Below the pieces are notes generated by a model. That model was given only the letters and a program-made list of their open reading frames with translations, was not told where the DNA came from and did no database searches. The translations under genes and the position numbers were made by a program. From Anaerolineales bacterium (GTDB taxonomy: Bacteria > Chloroflexota > Anaerolineae > Anaerolineales > Villigracilaceae), in the NCBI GenBank assembly GCA_034433165.1, contig DAOUAP010000035.1, positions 17,619 through 81,618 on the forward strand: a stretch of DNA of 64,000 nt, written 5' to 3'. Below, piece after piece: positions 1 to 7,964 of this stretch (positions are counted from its first letter, which is position 1; the number at the start of each line of letters is the position of its first letter).

Positions 1-4
1 TTTT

Positions 5-1549
5 TTGGATGAAGAACAACGCCTGATCATGCCCTCGATGCCCGAAGAAGGCGCGGGGGTCGATATGGTTGCCGGGACACTCTCCGCCGGTCCGGCCCTT
101 AAGGTGGCATTGGTGGGGCTTTTGGAAGATGTCTCGCTGGGCAGCGCCCAGCAGTTGATGCGCAGCACGTACGGGCGGGTGGTTGAAACCATCGGGCTTA
201 ATGACCGGCGCAAACCCCACGAACAAATCGACAGCCTGACGCTGCACACACCCGATGTGGTGGTCATCACTGGCGGTACAGAACATGGCGCGAGTCGGTC
301 GGTGCAAAAGCTGCTGGAAATGATCGGGCTGGCCTGTTATGTGACCCCAAGCGAAAAACGACCCGCCGTGCTGTACGCCGGCAACAGCAAACTGACCGAA
401 GATGTCAAAAAATCCCTGCGTGGTTTGGCGCCCGCACTGCACATCAGTCCCAACATTCGCCCTTCGCTGGATGTCGAGGATATCAACCCGGCCCAGCGCG
501 CACTGGCGACTCTTTTCATCGAGTCGCGGCGGCGTCAGCTAAACGGTGTGGAGGAATTGCACGGTTGGTCGGGTGGAACCATGCTGCCAAACGCTTATGC
601 CCGCGGGCGGATGATCCGCTTCCTGGGCAACTTGTTGCAAGACAGCGCCCGTGGCGTGCTGGGTGTGGATGTTGGCGCATCCGCAGTAACAGTGGCTTCT
701 TCGTTCGAAGGCGGGCTGAACCTGAGCGTGCTGCCCCAATTTGGGTTGGGTGAGCCGCTTGCCAACCTGTTACGCTTCACCAGCTTGCCAGAGATCATGC
801 GCTGGCTGCCCATCGAAGTGCCCGATACAGTTGTCCGTGACTACCTGCTGCACAAAGCGATTTACCCGGAAACCCTGCCCGGCACAGCCGAAGACTTGGC
901 CATCGAAGAGTCCCTGGCGCGCCAGGTGCTGCAACTTGCAGTTCGCGCTGCCGGGCGCAGCTTCCCGCGCAAATTTGTGCCGCCTTCCGGGCTGCTGCCT
1001 TTCTTCGAACCGATAGTGGCGAGTGGGTCTGTCTTTTCCAATGCGCCTACATACGGGCAAAGCCTGCTCATGCTGCTGGATGCGCTCCAGCCGGCCGGTG
1101 TTACGCGCCTGGTGTTGGATAAAAACGACCTGCTGCCCGCGCTGGGGGTGGCCGCCGAGCGCAGCGCCGTTTTGCCAGTGCATGTGATCGAATCGTGGCC
1201 GTTCACCACCCTGGCAACCGTGATTTCACCAATCAGCGCCGCCAATTACGGCGCGCCAATTGTACGCGCGCGCATCATTCATGCTGATGGCAACGAAAGC
1301 AAAGCCGAAGTCAAACAGGGCGGTTTTGAAGTGCTGCCAATGACCAACGGGCGGTTGGCGCGTATTGAATTGCAGCCGCTGGGTCGCACCGACCTGGGAC
1401 AGGGCTATGGCAAGTCCTTCAAATTTGAGGCCGCCGGCGGGGTGATTGGCGTGGTGATCGACGCACGCGGGCGCCCCCTGCAATTGCCCCCGGACCCGGT
1501 GCGGCGGCGCGAATTGATCAAAAAATGGTTGTGGACGGTGGGAGGTTAG
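5..1549 (+). CDS. ASKHA (actin-like ATPase) fold protein, GlmL/MutL-like; 5-prime end probably cut by the window edge
   Basis: The frame is open from base 2, and TTG at 5 is only the first start-like codon, so the true start is probably upstream of the window. Segments VVVITGGTEHGASRS and GVDVGASAVTVAS resemble phosphate-binding loops of ASKHA ATPases of the glutamate-mutase accessory (GlmL/MutL) type (recalled similarity, not searched). The stop at 1547-1549 lies 1 nt before the next ATG. Confidence 0.55.
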   Translation: MDEEQRLIMPSMPEEGAGVDMVAGTLSAGPALKVALVGLLEDVSLGSAQQLMRSTYGRVVETIGLNDRRKPHEQIDSLTLHTPDVVVITGGTEHGASRSVQKLLEMIGLACYVTPSEKRPAVLYAGNSKLTEDVKKSLRGLAPALHISPNIRPSLDVEDINPAQRALATLFIESRRRQLNGVEELHGWSGGTMLPNAYARGRMIRFLGNLLQDSARGVLGVDVGASAVTVASSFEGGLNLSVLPQFGLGEPLANLLRFTSLPEIMRWLPIEVPDTVVRDYLLHKAIYPETLPGTAEDLAIEESLARQVLQLAVRAAGRSFPRKFVPPSGLLPFFEPIVASGSVFSNAPTYGQSLLMLLDALQPAGVTRLVLDKNDLLPALGVAAERSAVLPVHVIESWPFTTLATVISPISAANYGAPIVRARIIHADGNESKAEVKQGGFEVLPMTNGRLARIELQPLGRTDLGQGYGKSFKFEAAGGVIGVVIDARGRPLQLPPDPVRRRELIKKWLWTVGG

Positions 1550-1550
1550 C

Positions 1551-2606
1551 ATGCTGGCACCCGTTACCCATATCCTGCCACTCACCACCATTACCCGTGC
1601 GCGCCTTTTGCCTATTCCTGGCGAGGTTTCGGTGCGGGTTGGGCAAAAAGTGGCCCCAAGCGACGTGATTGCCGAAGCGACCATCCCGCGCGGGCATATC
1701 GTAATCGATGTGGCGCGCGAACTGGGTGAAGCCCCAGAGCAACTCGAGAAGCTCATCAAAGTCAAACGCGGCGACACGCTCGAAAAAGAGGATGTGATCG
1801 CCGAAATCTCCGGGTTGGGCGGGCGCGATGTGTTGTCCCCTGCCGCCGGGCGGGTGGCTGCGATTGGTGGCGGAAAAGTATTGCTGCAAACCAGACAGGA
1901 AAGCTTTGAAGTAAGAGCCGGGATGTCCGGCACAGTCACATCGGTGCTCAACAACCGCGGCGCGGTCATTGCTTCTGTGGGCGTGCTGGTGCAAGGCGTT
2001 TGGGGCAACGGTCAGATCGATGGCGGGTTGTTGTTCAGCCTGTGCGAAAAACCGACGGATACGCTCATCCCCGACCAACTGGATGTAAGCATGCGTGGTG
2101 CGGTGGTGCTGGCTGGGCATCTCGACAATCAGAAAACGCTTTCGATCATAGCTGACCTGCCCTTGCGAGGACTTATTCTGGGCAGCCTGGCGCCGGATCT
2201 GATCGCCGCGGCGGTGCAGCTGCGGCTGCCGGTGGTGGTATTGGATGGATTTGGCAAGCGCCCCATGAATGCCGCAGCGCACAAACTGCTCAGCACCAAC
2301 ATCAGGCGCGAGGTCTCAATCAATGCTGAGTCTTACAACCGGCTTGATGGCACCCGTCCGGAAATCATCATTCCCCTGCCTGCGGGGCAAGAGATTGCCG
2401 AAGCACCGGATGCTGTCGAACTGGCCGCCGGGCAAAATGTGCGCCTGTTGCGCGCCCCCCACCAGGGTGCCGTGGCCGTCATCGTCACCCTGCGGCCTGG
2501 CTTATCGCCACTGCCCAACGGGCTGCGCGCGCCGGCCGCCAATGTACGGCTGGAAACAGGTGAAATTATTCTGGTGCCATTATCCAACCTGGAAGTGTTG
2601 GGATAG
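1551..2606 (+). CDS. hypothetical protein with two barrel-sandwich hybrid (lipoyl/biotinyl-like) segments
   Basis: ATG 1551 has GGAGG at 1541-1545 and is translationally coupled to the previous ORF. VRVGQKVAPSDVIAEA and VKRGDTLEKEDVIAEISG...SPAAGRVAAIG look like hybrid-barrel motifs but lack an MKM lysine. No catalytic motif recognised. Confidence 0.6.
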   Translation: MLAPVTHILPLTTITRARLLPIPGEVSVRVGQKVAPSDVIAEATIPRGHIVIDVARELGEAPEQLEKLIKVKRGDTLEKEDVIAEISGLGGRDVLSPAAGRVAAIGGGKVLLQTRQESFEVRAGMSGTVTSVLNNRGAVIASVGVLVQGVWGNGQIDGGLLFSLCEKPTDTLIPDQLDVSMRGAVVLAGHLDNQKTLSIIADLPLRGLILGSLAPDLIAAAVQLRLPVVVLDGFGKRPMNAAAHKLLSTNIRREVSINAESYNRLDGTRPEIIIPLPAGQEIAEAPDAVELAAGQNVRLLRAPHQGAVAVIVTLRPGLSPLPNGLRAPAANVRLETGEIILVPLSNLEVLG

Positions 2607-2639
2607 GCGTATAATCTAAGCAACTTGAGGAGAAAAGCC

Positions 2640-3311
2640 ATGACATTCCCTTTCACCGATGACAATGACAAAGATGATGCTTTCAGAGAGCCACAGTACG
2701 GCGGGTTTGTCCCTGATGAAGAAGCGCAGTCTTCCGAAGCGGCAGGGGCTGAAGAAGAAGAGGAAGAGGAAGGCGAATCAAGCAATAATCGCACCTTCCT
2801 GATCGCCGCAGGCGTCATTGGCGGACTGATCCTGCTCTCGCTCATCTGCATGGCCGCCTACGCCCTGGTATTCCTGCCGCAGCAGCAGGCTGCCCGTGAA
2901 GCGCAACAGGCCCAGATCAACCTTCAGAATACACAGGTGGCCGCTGCATTCACCGCCACGGCCCAGGTGTTGCTATTCACCCCCACGCTGCCACCGGCTT
3001 CAGAGACACCCATTCCCACCAGCACCAGCACCCCGGTGCTGGCCGAAGCGACTGCCACCCCTGAGGCCGATACCCCCACTCCTGAGCCAATTACAGCCAC
3101 CGTAGCCGCAGCCTACACCCAGGCGGCCCTGCTCGAAAAGACCCTTGTGCCAACGGCTGAGGGGGTTTCGACAGCTTTTGCCGCGGTCACCGAGGTGCCG
3201 GATACCGGCTTCTTCGATGATGTGGGCTTGCCGGGGTTGGTGATCATGTCTGCAGTGTTCATGGCGGTCATCTTCCTGGCGCGCCGGCTGCGCTCAGCCC
3301 CGGTGCGATAG
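2640..3311 (+). CDS. acidic / Pro-Thr-rich membrane or surface protein with C-terminal sorting-signal-like tail
   Basis: The ORF track starts at TTG 2625. I prefer ATG 2640, which is preceded by GAGGAG (2627-2632). Acidic N-terminus with an EEEEEEE run, a TM helix (FLIAAGVIGGLILLSLICMAAYALVFL), a Pro/Thr-rich region, then VPDTG + hydrophobic helix + RRLR at the C-terminus. Confidence 0.6.
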   Translation: MTFPFTDDNDKDDAFREPQYGGFVPDEEAQSSEAAGAEEEEEEEGESSNNRTFLIAAGVIGGLILLSLICMAAYALVFLPQQQAAREAQQAQINLQNTQVAAAFTATAQVLLFTPTLPPASETPIPTSTSTPVLAEATATPEADTPTPEPITATVAAAYTQAALLEKTLVPTAEGVSTAFAAVTEVPDTGFFDDVGLPGLVIMSAVFMAVIFLARRLRSAPVR

Positions 3312-3328
3312 CCTGTCCCTTTCGCGCG

Positions 3329-3367
3329 AAAAAGAAGCTCCCGGTTCGCTGCCGGGAGCTTCTTTTT
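3329..3367. terminator. bidirectional intrinsic terminator between convergent genes
   Basis: GAAGCTCCCGG (3334-3344) pairs with CCGGGAGCTTC (3352-3362) around a 7-nt loop, flanked by A5 upstream and T5 downstream. Confidence 0.7.
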
Positions 3368-3408
3368 ATCGTCCGGGGAGGGTTTGCCCGGGTGGATTTC
3401 TTAACAAA

Positions 3409-4857
3409 CTATACCACGCTCTCGGCCACGGTTTTACCAAAGCCCAGCAATGCCTTTACCATGGACTGTGTGCGCCCTTCGGCATACACGCGCAGCACGG
3501 GTTCTGTGCCCGAGGGGCGAATGAGCAACCACGAATCATCGCCCATGATGTATTTGACACCATCCAGGCTGCTCACCTGGCTCACTTTTTCACCACCGAT
3601 CTCAGCCGGGGCCTCTTTGATGAGCATGTTCACCATTTCGTTTTTAGCCACCGGGCGGCTCAGGCGCAGGTCGGCGCGCTCGTAGAAAGCGGGGCCCACT
3701 TCGGACAGCAAGTCATCGACCAGTTCTCCCAGTGATTTGCGCGCCTGGGCAATGATCTCCACCAGCAACAGCCCCATAATCGGCCCGTCGCCCTCTGGAA
3801 TGTGTCCCTTAAAGGAGATGCCGCCCGACTCTTCGCCGCCGATAAGTACATCTTCGTTCATCATATGGTCGGCAATGTGGTTGAAGCCCACCGGGGTTTC
3901 ATACACTTTTAGCCCGTAACGGTTGGCCAGGCGGTCGATCATGCGCGTGGTTGAGACCGTTCGCACCACGGCGCCTGTCCAACCGCGTTTTTCGACCAGG
4001 TATCGCAAAGTCAGGGCCATAATTTTGTGTGGGTCTACAAAGTTGCCGCGCTCATCCATGGCGCCTATCCGGTCGGCGTCACCATCGGTCGCCAGCCCAA
4101 AATTTCCCATGCCTGCCCCCAGTGCCCCGGCCAGCGGGGTGAGGTACTTGGCGATTGGCTCGGGGTGTACCCCACCAAAGCCAGGGTTCATCTCGCCGCG
4201 GATCTCGGTGATCTCGCAGCCGGTGCCGTGCAGGAAAGATTTGATGGTGCCACGCCCGGAGCCGAACATCGAATCGATCACAAAGCGCTGTGGGTTGTCT
4301 GCAATAATATCGGTGTTGATGAGGGTGCGCAGGTGATCGAAGTAGACGGGCAGGGGATTGAATTTTTGGATGAGATCCATGGCGCGCGCGCGGTCGAAAT
4401 CCATCAGGTTGGGGCCACGCGCGCGTTCCTCGTTATCGTTGATGTACACTTCCACGCGGCGGCATTGCTCGGGCAGGGCAGATCCGCCATAAGCGGCCTT
4501 GAGTTTGACGCCATTGTAGCGCGGCGCATTGTGCGAGGCGGTGATCATCACACCTCCGGCGGCGTGGTGGTGTTTGATGGCGTATGAAATTGCCGGGGTG
4601 GGCGCATCAGATTGGGCCAAAAGCACGGTAAACCCGTTGGCGGCCAACACGCGGGCCACTTCGCCCGCGTAACGGTCGGAAAGGAAACGTGTATCGAAGC
4701 CAACCACGAATTTGCGCGGGTCAAAGTTATCGGCGCTGCGCCAGTGTTCTGAGGCGGCAGCGTCTGCGATGGCCTGGGCAACCATGCGCAGGTTGCCAAA
4801 AGTGAATGTGTCTGATATGACGGCGCGCCAGCCGTCGGTGCCAAAATGAATGGGCAT
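3409..4857 (-). CDS. phosphoglucomutase/phosphomannomutase (alpha-D-phosphohexomutase family)
   Basis: 482-aa ORF with the phosphoserine loop TASHNAPRYNGVK, metal loop TDGDADRIG and sugar loop GGEESGG. Confidence 0.9.
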   Translation of the reverse strand: MPIHFGTDGWRAVISDTFTFGNLRMVAQAIADAAASEHWRSADNFDPRKFVVGFDTRFLSDRYAGEVARVLAANGFTVLLAQSDAPTPAISYAIKHHHAAGGVMITASHNAPRYNGVKLKAAYGGSALPEQCRRVEVYINDNEERARGPNLMDFDRARAMDLIQKFNPLPVYFDHLRTLINTDIIADNPQRFVIDSMFGSGRGTIKSFLHGTGCEITEIRGEMNPGFGGVHPEPIAKYLTPLAGALGAGMGNFGLATDGDADRIGAMDERGNFVDPHKIMALTLRYLVEKRGWTGAVVRTVSTTRMIDRLANRYGLKVYETPVGFNHIADHMMNEDVLIGGEESGGISFKGHIPEGDGPIMGLLLVEIIAQARKSLGELVDDLLSEVGPAFYERADLRLSRPVAKNEMVNMLIKEAPAEIGGEKVSQVSSLDGVKYIMGDDSWLLIRPSGTEPVLRVYAEGRTQSMVKALLGFGKTVAESVV

Positions 4858-4908
4858 GCGTGTACTCCGTTGGTGGGGTTTGGCCGCCTCAGGCGGCCAG
4901 GGGCTGGT

Positions 4909-6276
4909 TTATGGGGTGGGGGTAAAGGTGGGCAGGTAGGTGGGCACGGCCGGGGTAGCCACTGAGAGGGCGCTTTGTACCACCCAACCTTCTATGTTGC
5001 GCCCGCCGCCCACCAGGGCAATGATGCGTACCCACACCACGCGGTTGATCTCCTGTACGTCGGGCAGCACCTGCACCAGGATGCCATTTTGCACGCTGGT
5101 GATGGCCGGGCTGTCAAACCCCGGCGCTTGCCGAATGGTGACCCCATCGCCGCCCGCTACAGCAATACGGGCATACACGGGAGTCGGCTCCGGGGTAATG
5201 GTGGCGGTGGGTGTTTCGGTGGGCGGGATGAGCAGCGTTGGGCTGGGCGTGAGCGTGGGGGGGCGCGGGGTAGCTGTGGGCGGCGGCAAGGAGGGTGTGG
5301 GTGTAGACTCTATCACTATAACGGGGGTTGGGCTGTTCGGCAGGGGTGTGTCGGTGGGGGTGGTGGTGGGTGGCAGCGTGGGAGGAAGCCCAGGCATGGC
5401 AATTTGGGCGGTGAAGGCTGTCCCGATTCCGCTAATGGCCAGGAAGGCTACCAGGATGATCAGCAGGATGGTGGTGCCAAAAGTGTACCCGGCAAATGTG
5501 AGCGGGCGGAACCCCATGACAAAAAAAGTGAAAACGCCCAGCAGGCTGGCAATTGCCAGGTGAATGCCAAATACGAGCAACCCATCGGGCCACAACCCGG
5601 ACTGTCCTACCCCCAACCCAAACCCGGCCGCGCTGAGCGGCAGGTACAGCTCATAAGCAAGCATCACGCTCGGCAGCAAGGGTTTTTCTTCTGAACGGAC
5701 AAAGGAGGCGACCAGCAAAACCGCGCCCACAATAAGCACGAAAAGGTCCGGCCACCAAAGCCGGGTGTGGTAGAAGGCCTGGTCGAGTACGCGCGGCATG
5801 AAAATGCGTGCGCCCAGCCCGGCGATGACTGCCGTACCAAAAACGATGAATCCGCCCATGAGAAAGCCGAGCATGGATTGGAAGAAATAGCGCGCTGAAC
5901 CGGTGACGGTGGCCAGCGCAATGCCCACCCATGGGGTGAAGATGGGCGCCAAAAGCGCAGCAAAAACGAGCAGGGCCTGCGCATCAACCAGGTAACCCAA
6001 CCCCATTACTGCGCCGGCAAGGGCAGAAAAAATGAAGAATTCATAGTTGGGGTAGGCGCGGCGGGCCATATTTTCCATGAACTCGGCGCGGGCGCTCACT
6101 TCCGGGCGTACCAAAACGGCCCGATTGCGCCGCCGGCTGCGTAATCGCGGCGAAGGCAGGTAGGGCGCTTCTTCGGGCAGGCGAATGGGTTGATCGAGGA
6201 AGGGGGATTCTTCGGCAGGTTTGCCGTTGGGTTGTGGCGTTTCTTCGGGCGGGGTGGGGGCGGGTGGCTGGGTCAT
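4909..6276 (-). CDS. polytopic membrane protein (DUF389-like hydrophobic core) with Pro/Thr linker and C-terminal SH3b-like domain
   Basis: Pro-rich N-terminus, about 6-7 hydrophobic helices, a long PT linker (PTLPPTTTPTDTP...PTATITPEPTP), and a C-terminal ~70 aa (YARIAVAGGDGVTIRQAPGFDSP...WVRI...GWV) resembling bacterial SH3. Confidence 0.65.
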   Translation of the reverse strand: MTQPPAPTPPEETPQPNGKPAEESPFLDQPIRLPEEAPYLPSPRLRSRRRNRAVLVRPEVSARAEFMENMARRAYPNYEFFIFSALAGAVMGLGYLVDAQALLVFAALLAPIFTPWVGIALATVTGSARYFFQSMLGFLMGGFIVFGTAVIAGLGARIFMPRVLDQAFYHTRLWWPDLFVLIVGAVLLVASFVRSEEKPLLPSVMLAYELYLPLSAAGFGLGVGQSGLWPDGLLVFGIHLAIASLLGVFTFFVMGFRPLTFAGYTFGTTILLIILVAFLAISGIGTAFTAQIAMPGLPPTLPPTTTPTDTPLPNSPTPVIVIESTPTPSLPPPTATPRPPTLTPSPTLLIPPTETPTATITPEPTPVYARIAVAGGDGVTIRQAPGFDSPAITSVQNGILVQVLPDVQEINRVVWVRIIALVGGGRNIEGWVVQSALSVATPAVPTYLPTFTPTP

Positions 6277-6292
6277 TTACGGAGGGTGACGA

Positions 6293-6745
6293 TCAGGCGC
6301 AGGGTTTTTCGAGCAGGTCGAGGGCATCGTTGATGGAAGGCGCAAGCACATCTGCAGCCAGCAGGGTTTCTATCGATAGCCCCTCGGTTGACATGACAGC
6401 GATGCCCAGTTGGGCGGTGTGGATCATGCCGGCATCATTGGCGCCCTGGCCAATGGCAGCCACTGCCTGGTTGCCCAAGCGCTTTACGAAATCTGTTTTT
6501 TGGGTGGTCTCATCGCCGGGCGTTAATCGAAAGGCGCGCAAGCCGAGTTGATGATCGATGCTGTCTTGACGATTGAAGGTGTTGGCGGTCAGCAGGTGGA
6601 TTTCAAGCCGGTCGCGCAGGGCGTTGATCCGGCGCGTAACACCTTCGATCACCACACCATCGACAGCCAGGGTGCCATTCACATCCAAAACCAAATGCTT
6701 GAGTCCGATTGCGTCACGCCCGGGAATGTTAATCTCGATCATCAC
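6293..6745 (-). CDS. small HAD-superfamily hydrolase (soluble P-type-ATPase-like phosphatase)
   Basis: 150 aa. LDVNGT resembles the DKTGT/DxDxT phosphorylation motif, and GQGANDAGM resembles the GDGxND motif. The size fits COG4087-type proteins. Confidence 0.7.
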   Translation of the reverse strand: MMIEINIPGRDAIGLKHLVLDVNGTLAVDGVVIEGVTRRINALRDRLEIHLLTANTFNRQDSIDHQLGLRAFRLTPGDETTQKTDFVKRLGNQAVAAIGQGANDAGMIHTAQLGIAVMSTEGLSIETLLAADVLAPSINDALDLLEKPCA

Positions 6746-6788
6746 TGTAATTATACTTTAACGCGTGTTTTTTCGTCGGGCAGCGGCA

Positions 6789-7961
6789 TTATTCTGGTGC
6801 GCCAAATAAGACAACCAGTATGTTTTGGTTCATAAAACGCGGCGCATCACCCGGCCCCAGCCCCGGAACAAACTGCCCGAGGGTATAGCCGCCCGCCAAT
6901 GGAGTCTGCCCGCCCAGGACCTCATTCACGGCGGCCAGTTCTGCGCCAGGCGTAGATTGCAGCAAGGTTTGCCAGGCGGTATCGACCAGCACCAGCCCAA
7001 AGACAGGTGTCCATCCGCCGAGCGCATCAAGGGCTTGCTGTGCGGCGCCGCGAGCCGCGGTGAGGCATGCATCCGGGCTGCCGACCATGAGGAAAACGTC
7101 TGTGCCGTCGCGAATGGGCGCATTGAGCCGGAAAGACCCATCGGCTTCTATGCGCAGCACTGAACGCAGCAACAGGTCGCTGGTGCCGCGGCCCTGCTCC
7201 AGCCCCAGCGGGTAGATGCGTGCCAGGGTATTGAGCGGTGGGAAACCCCAGTCGCGCGCAGAATATCCGAAGATCTGTGCGTAAGACTCGTTGGCGGGGC
7301 GTCCATCCAGGGTGCGCAACCAAAACCCGCGCGAACGGGTGACGCGAAAACGGCTGCCGATGGGAAGCCAGCCATGCCCGTAGCCTGCCCCAACCTTGAA
7401 CTGACCCCGGATGAATGCGGCGCTCAGGCTGCCCGAGCCGCTTTGGGAACCGGCAACCAGCGATGACACGCTGTTGGCGGCATCCCCGCTGGCCAACCCA
7501 CCCAGGAAAGGAATGCTGCCGGGCAGGGCCGCGCAAAACTCTCCGGCATTGCCGTTGAATCCATCACCCCAACCGAGCACCAGTTGGGCAGGGGTTTGTT
7601 CGTAACTGAGCAGTTGGAAAAGTTTTTCAGCCGCCTCTTGCGAAGACTGGGCGTATGTGGGGAACCAGTGCGTTTCGGCGCGAAAATCGCTGCCCCCCAG
7701 CAGGGCCACGACCACACCATGTGCATGCTGCCCCTGTTGGGTCAGCCCGGCGGTGGCGCTGAACCCGATCATGGGCACGTTGCCGAGAATGCTGGATACC
7801 CCGCTGACCACTTGCTGCGCCTCATAGCGATAAGGGATGATGATGATGGCCAAACCTACCGGGCTGTTGTCCAACTGGTTGAGCGCCTGGTTGGCGGCCT
7901 GCATGCCGGCCTCTCGCCCTTCAATGGAATTGGCATATCCTACGCTGGCCTTCATACCCAT
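6789..7961 (-). CDS. FIST (N+C) sensory domain protein
   Basis: 390 aa. The N-terminal pattern VGYANS..GREAG.QAANQAL.....P.L.III and GFSATAG is typical of FIST_N. It starts 3 nt after the stop of the upstream kinase gene. Confidence 0.7.
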   Translation of the reverse strand: MGMKASVGYANSIEGREAGMQAANQALNQLDNSPVGLAIIIIPYRYEAQQVVSGVSSILGNVPMIGFSATAGLTQQGQHAHGVVVALLGGSDFRAETHWFPTYAQSSQEAAEKLFQLLSYEQTPAQLVLGWGDGFNGNAGEFCAALPGSIPFLGGLASGDAANSVSSLVAGSQSGSGSLSAAFIRGQFKVGAGYGHGWLPIGSRFRVTRSRGFWLRTLDGRPANESYAQIFGYSARDWGFPPLNTLARIYPLGLEQGRGTSDLLLRSVLRIEADGSFRLNAPIRDGTDVFLMVGSPDACLTAARGAAQQALDALGGWTPVFGLVLVDTAWQTLLQSTPGAELAAVNEVLGGQTPLAGGYTLGQFVPGLGPGDAPRFMNQNILVVLFGAPE

Positions 7962-7964
7962 GGG

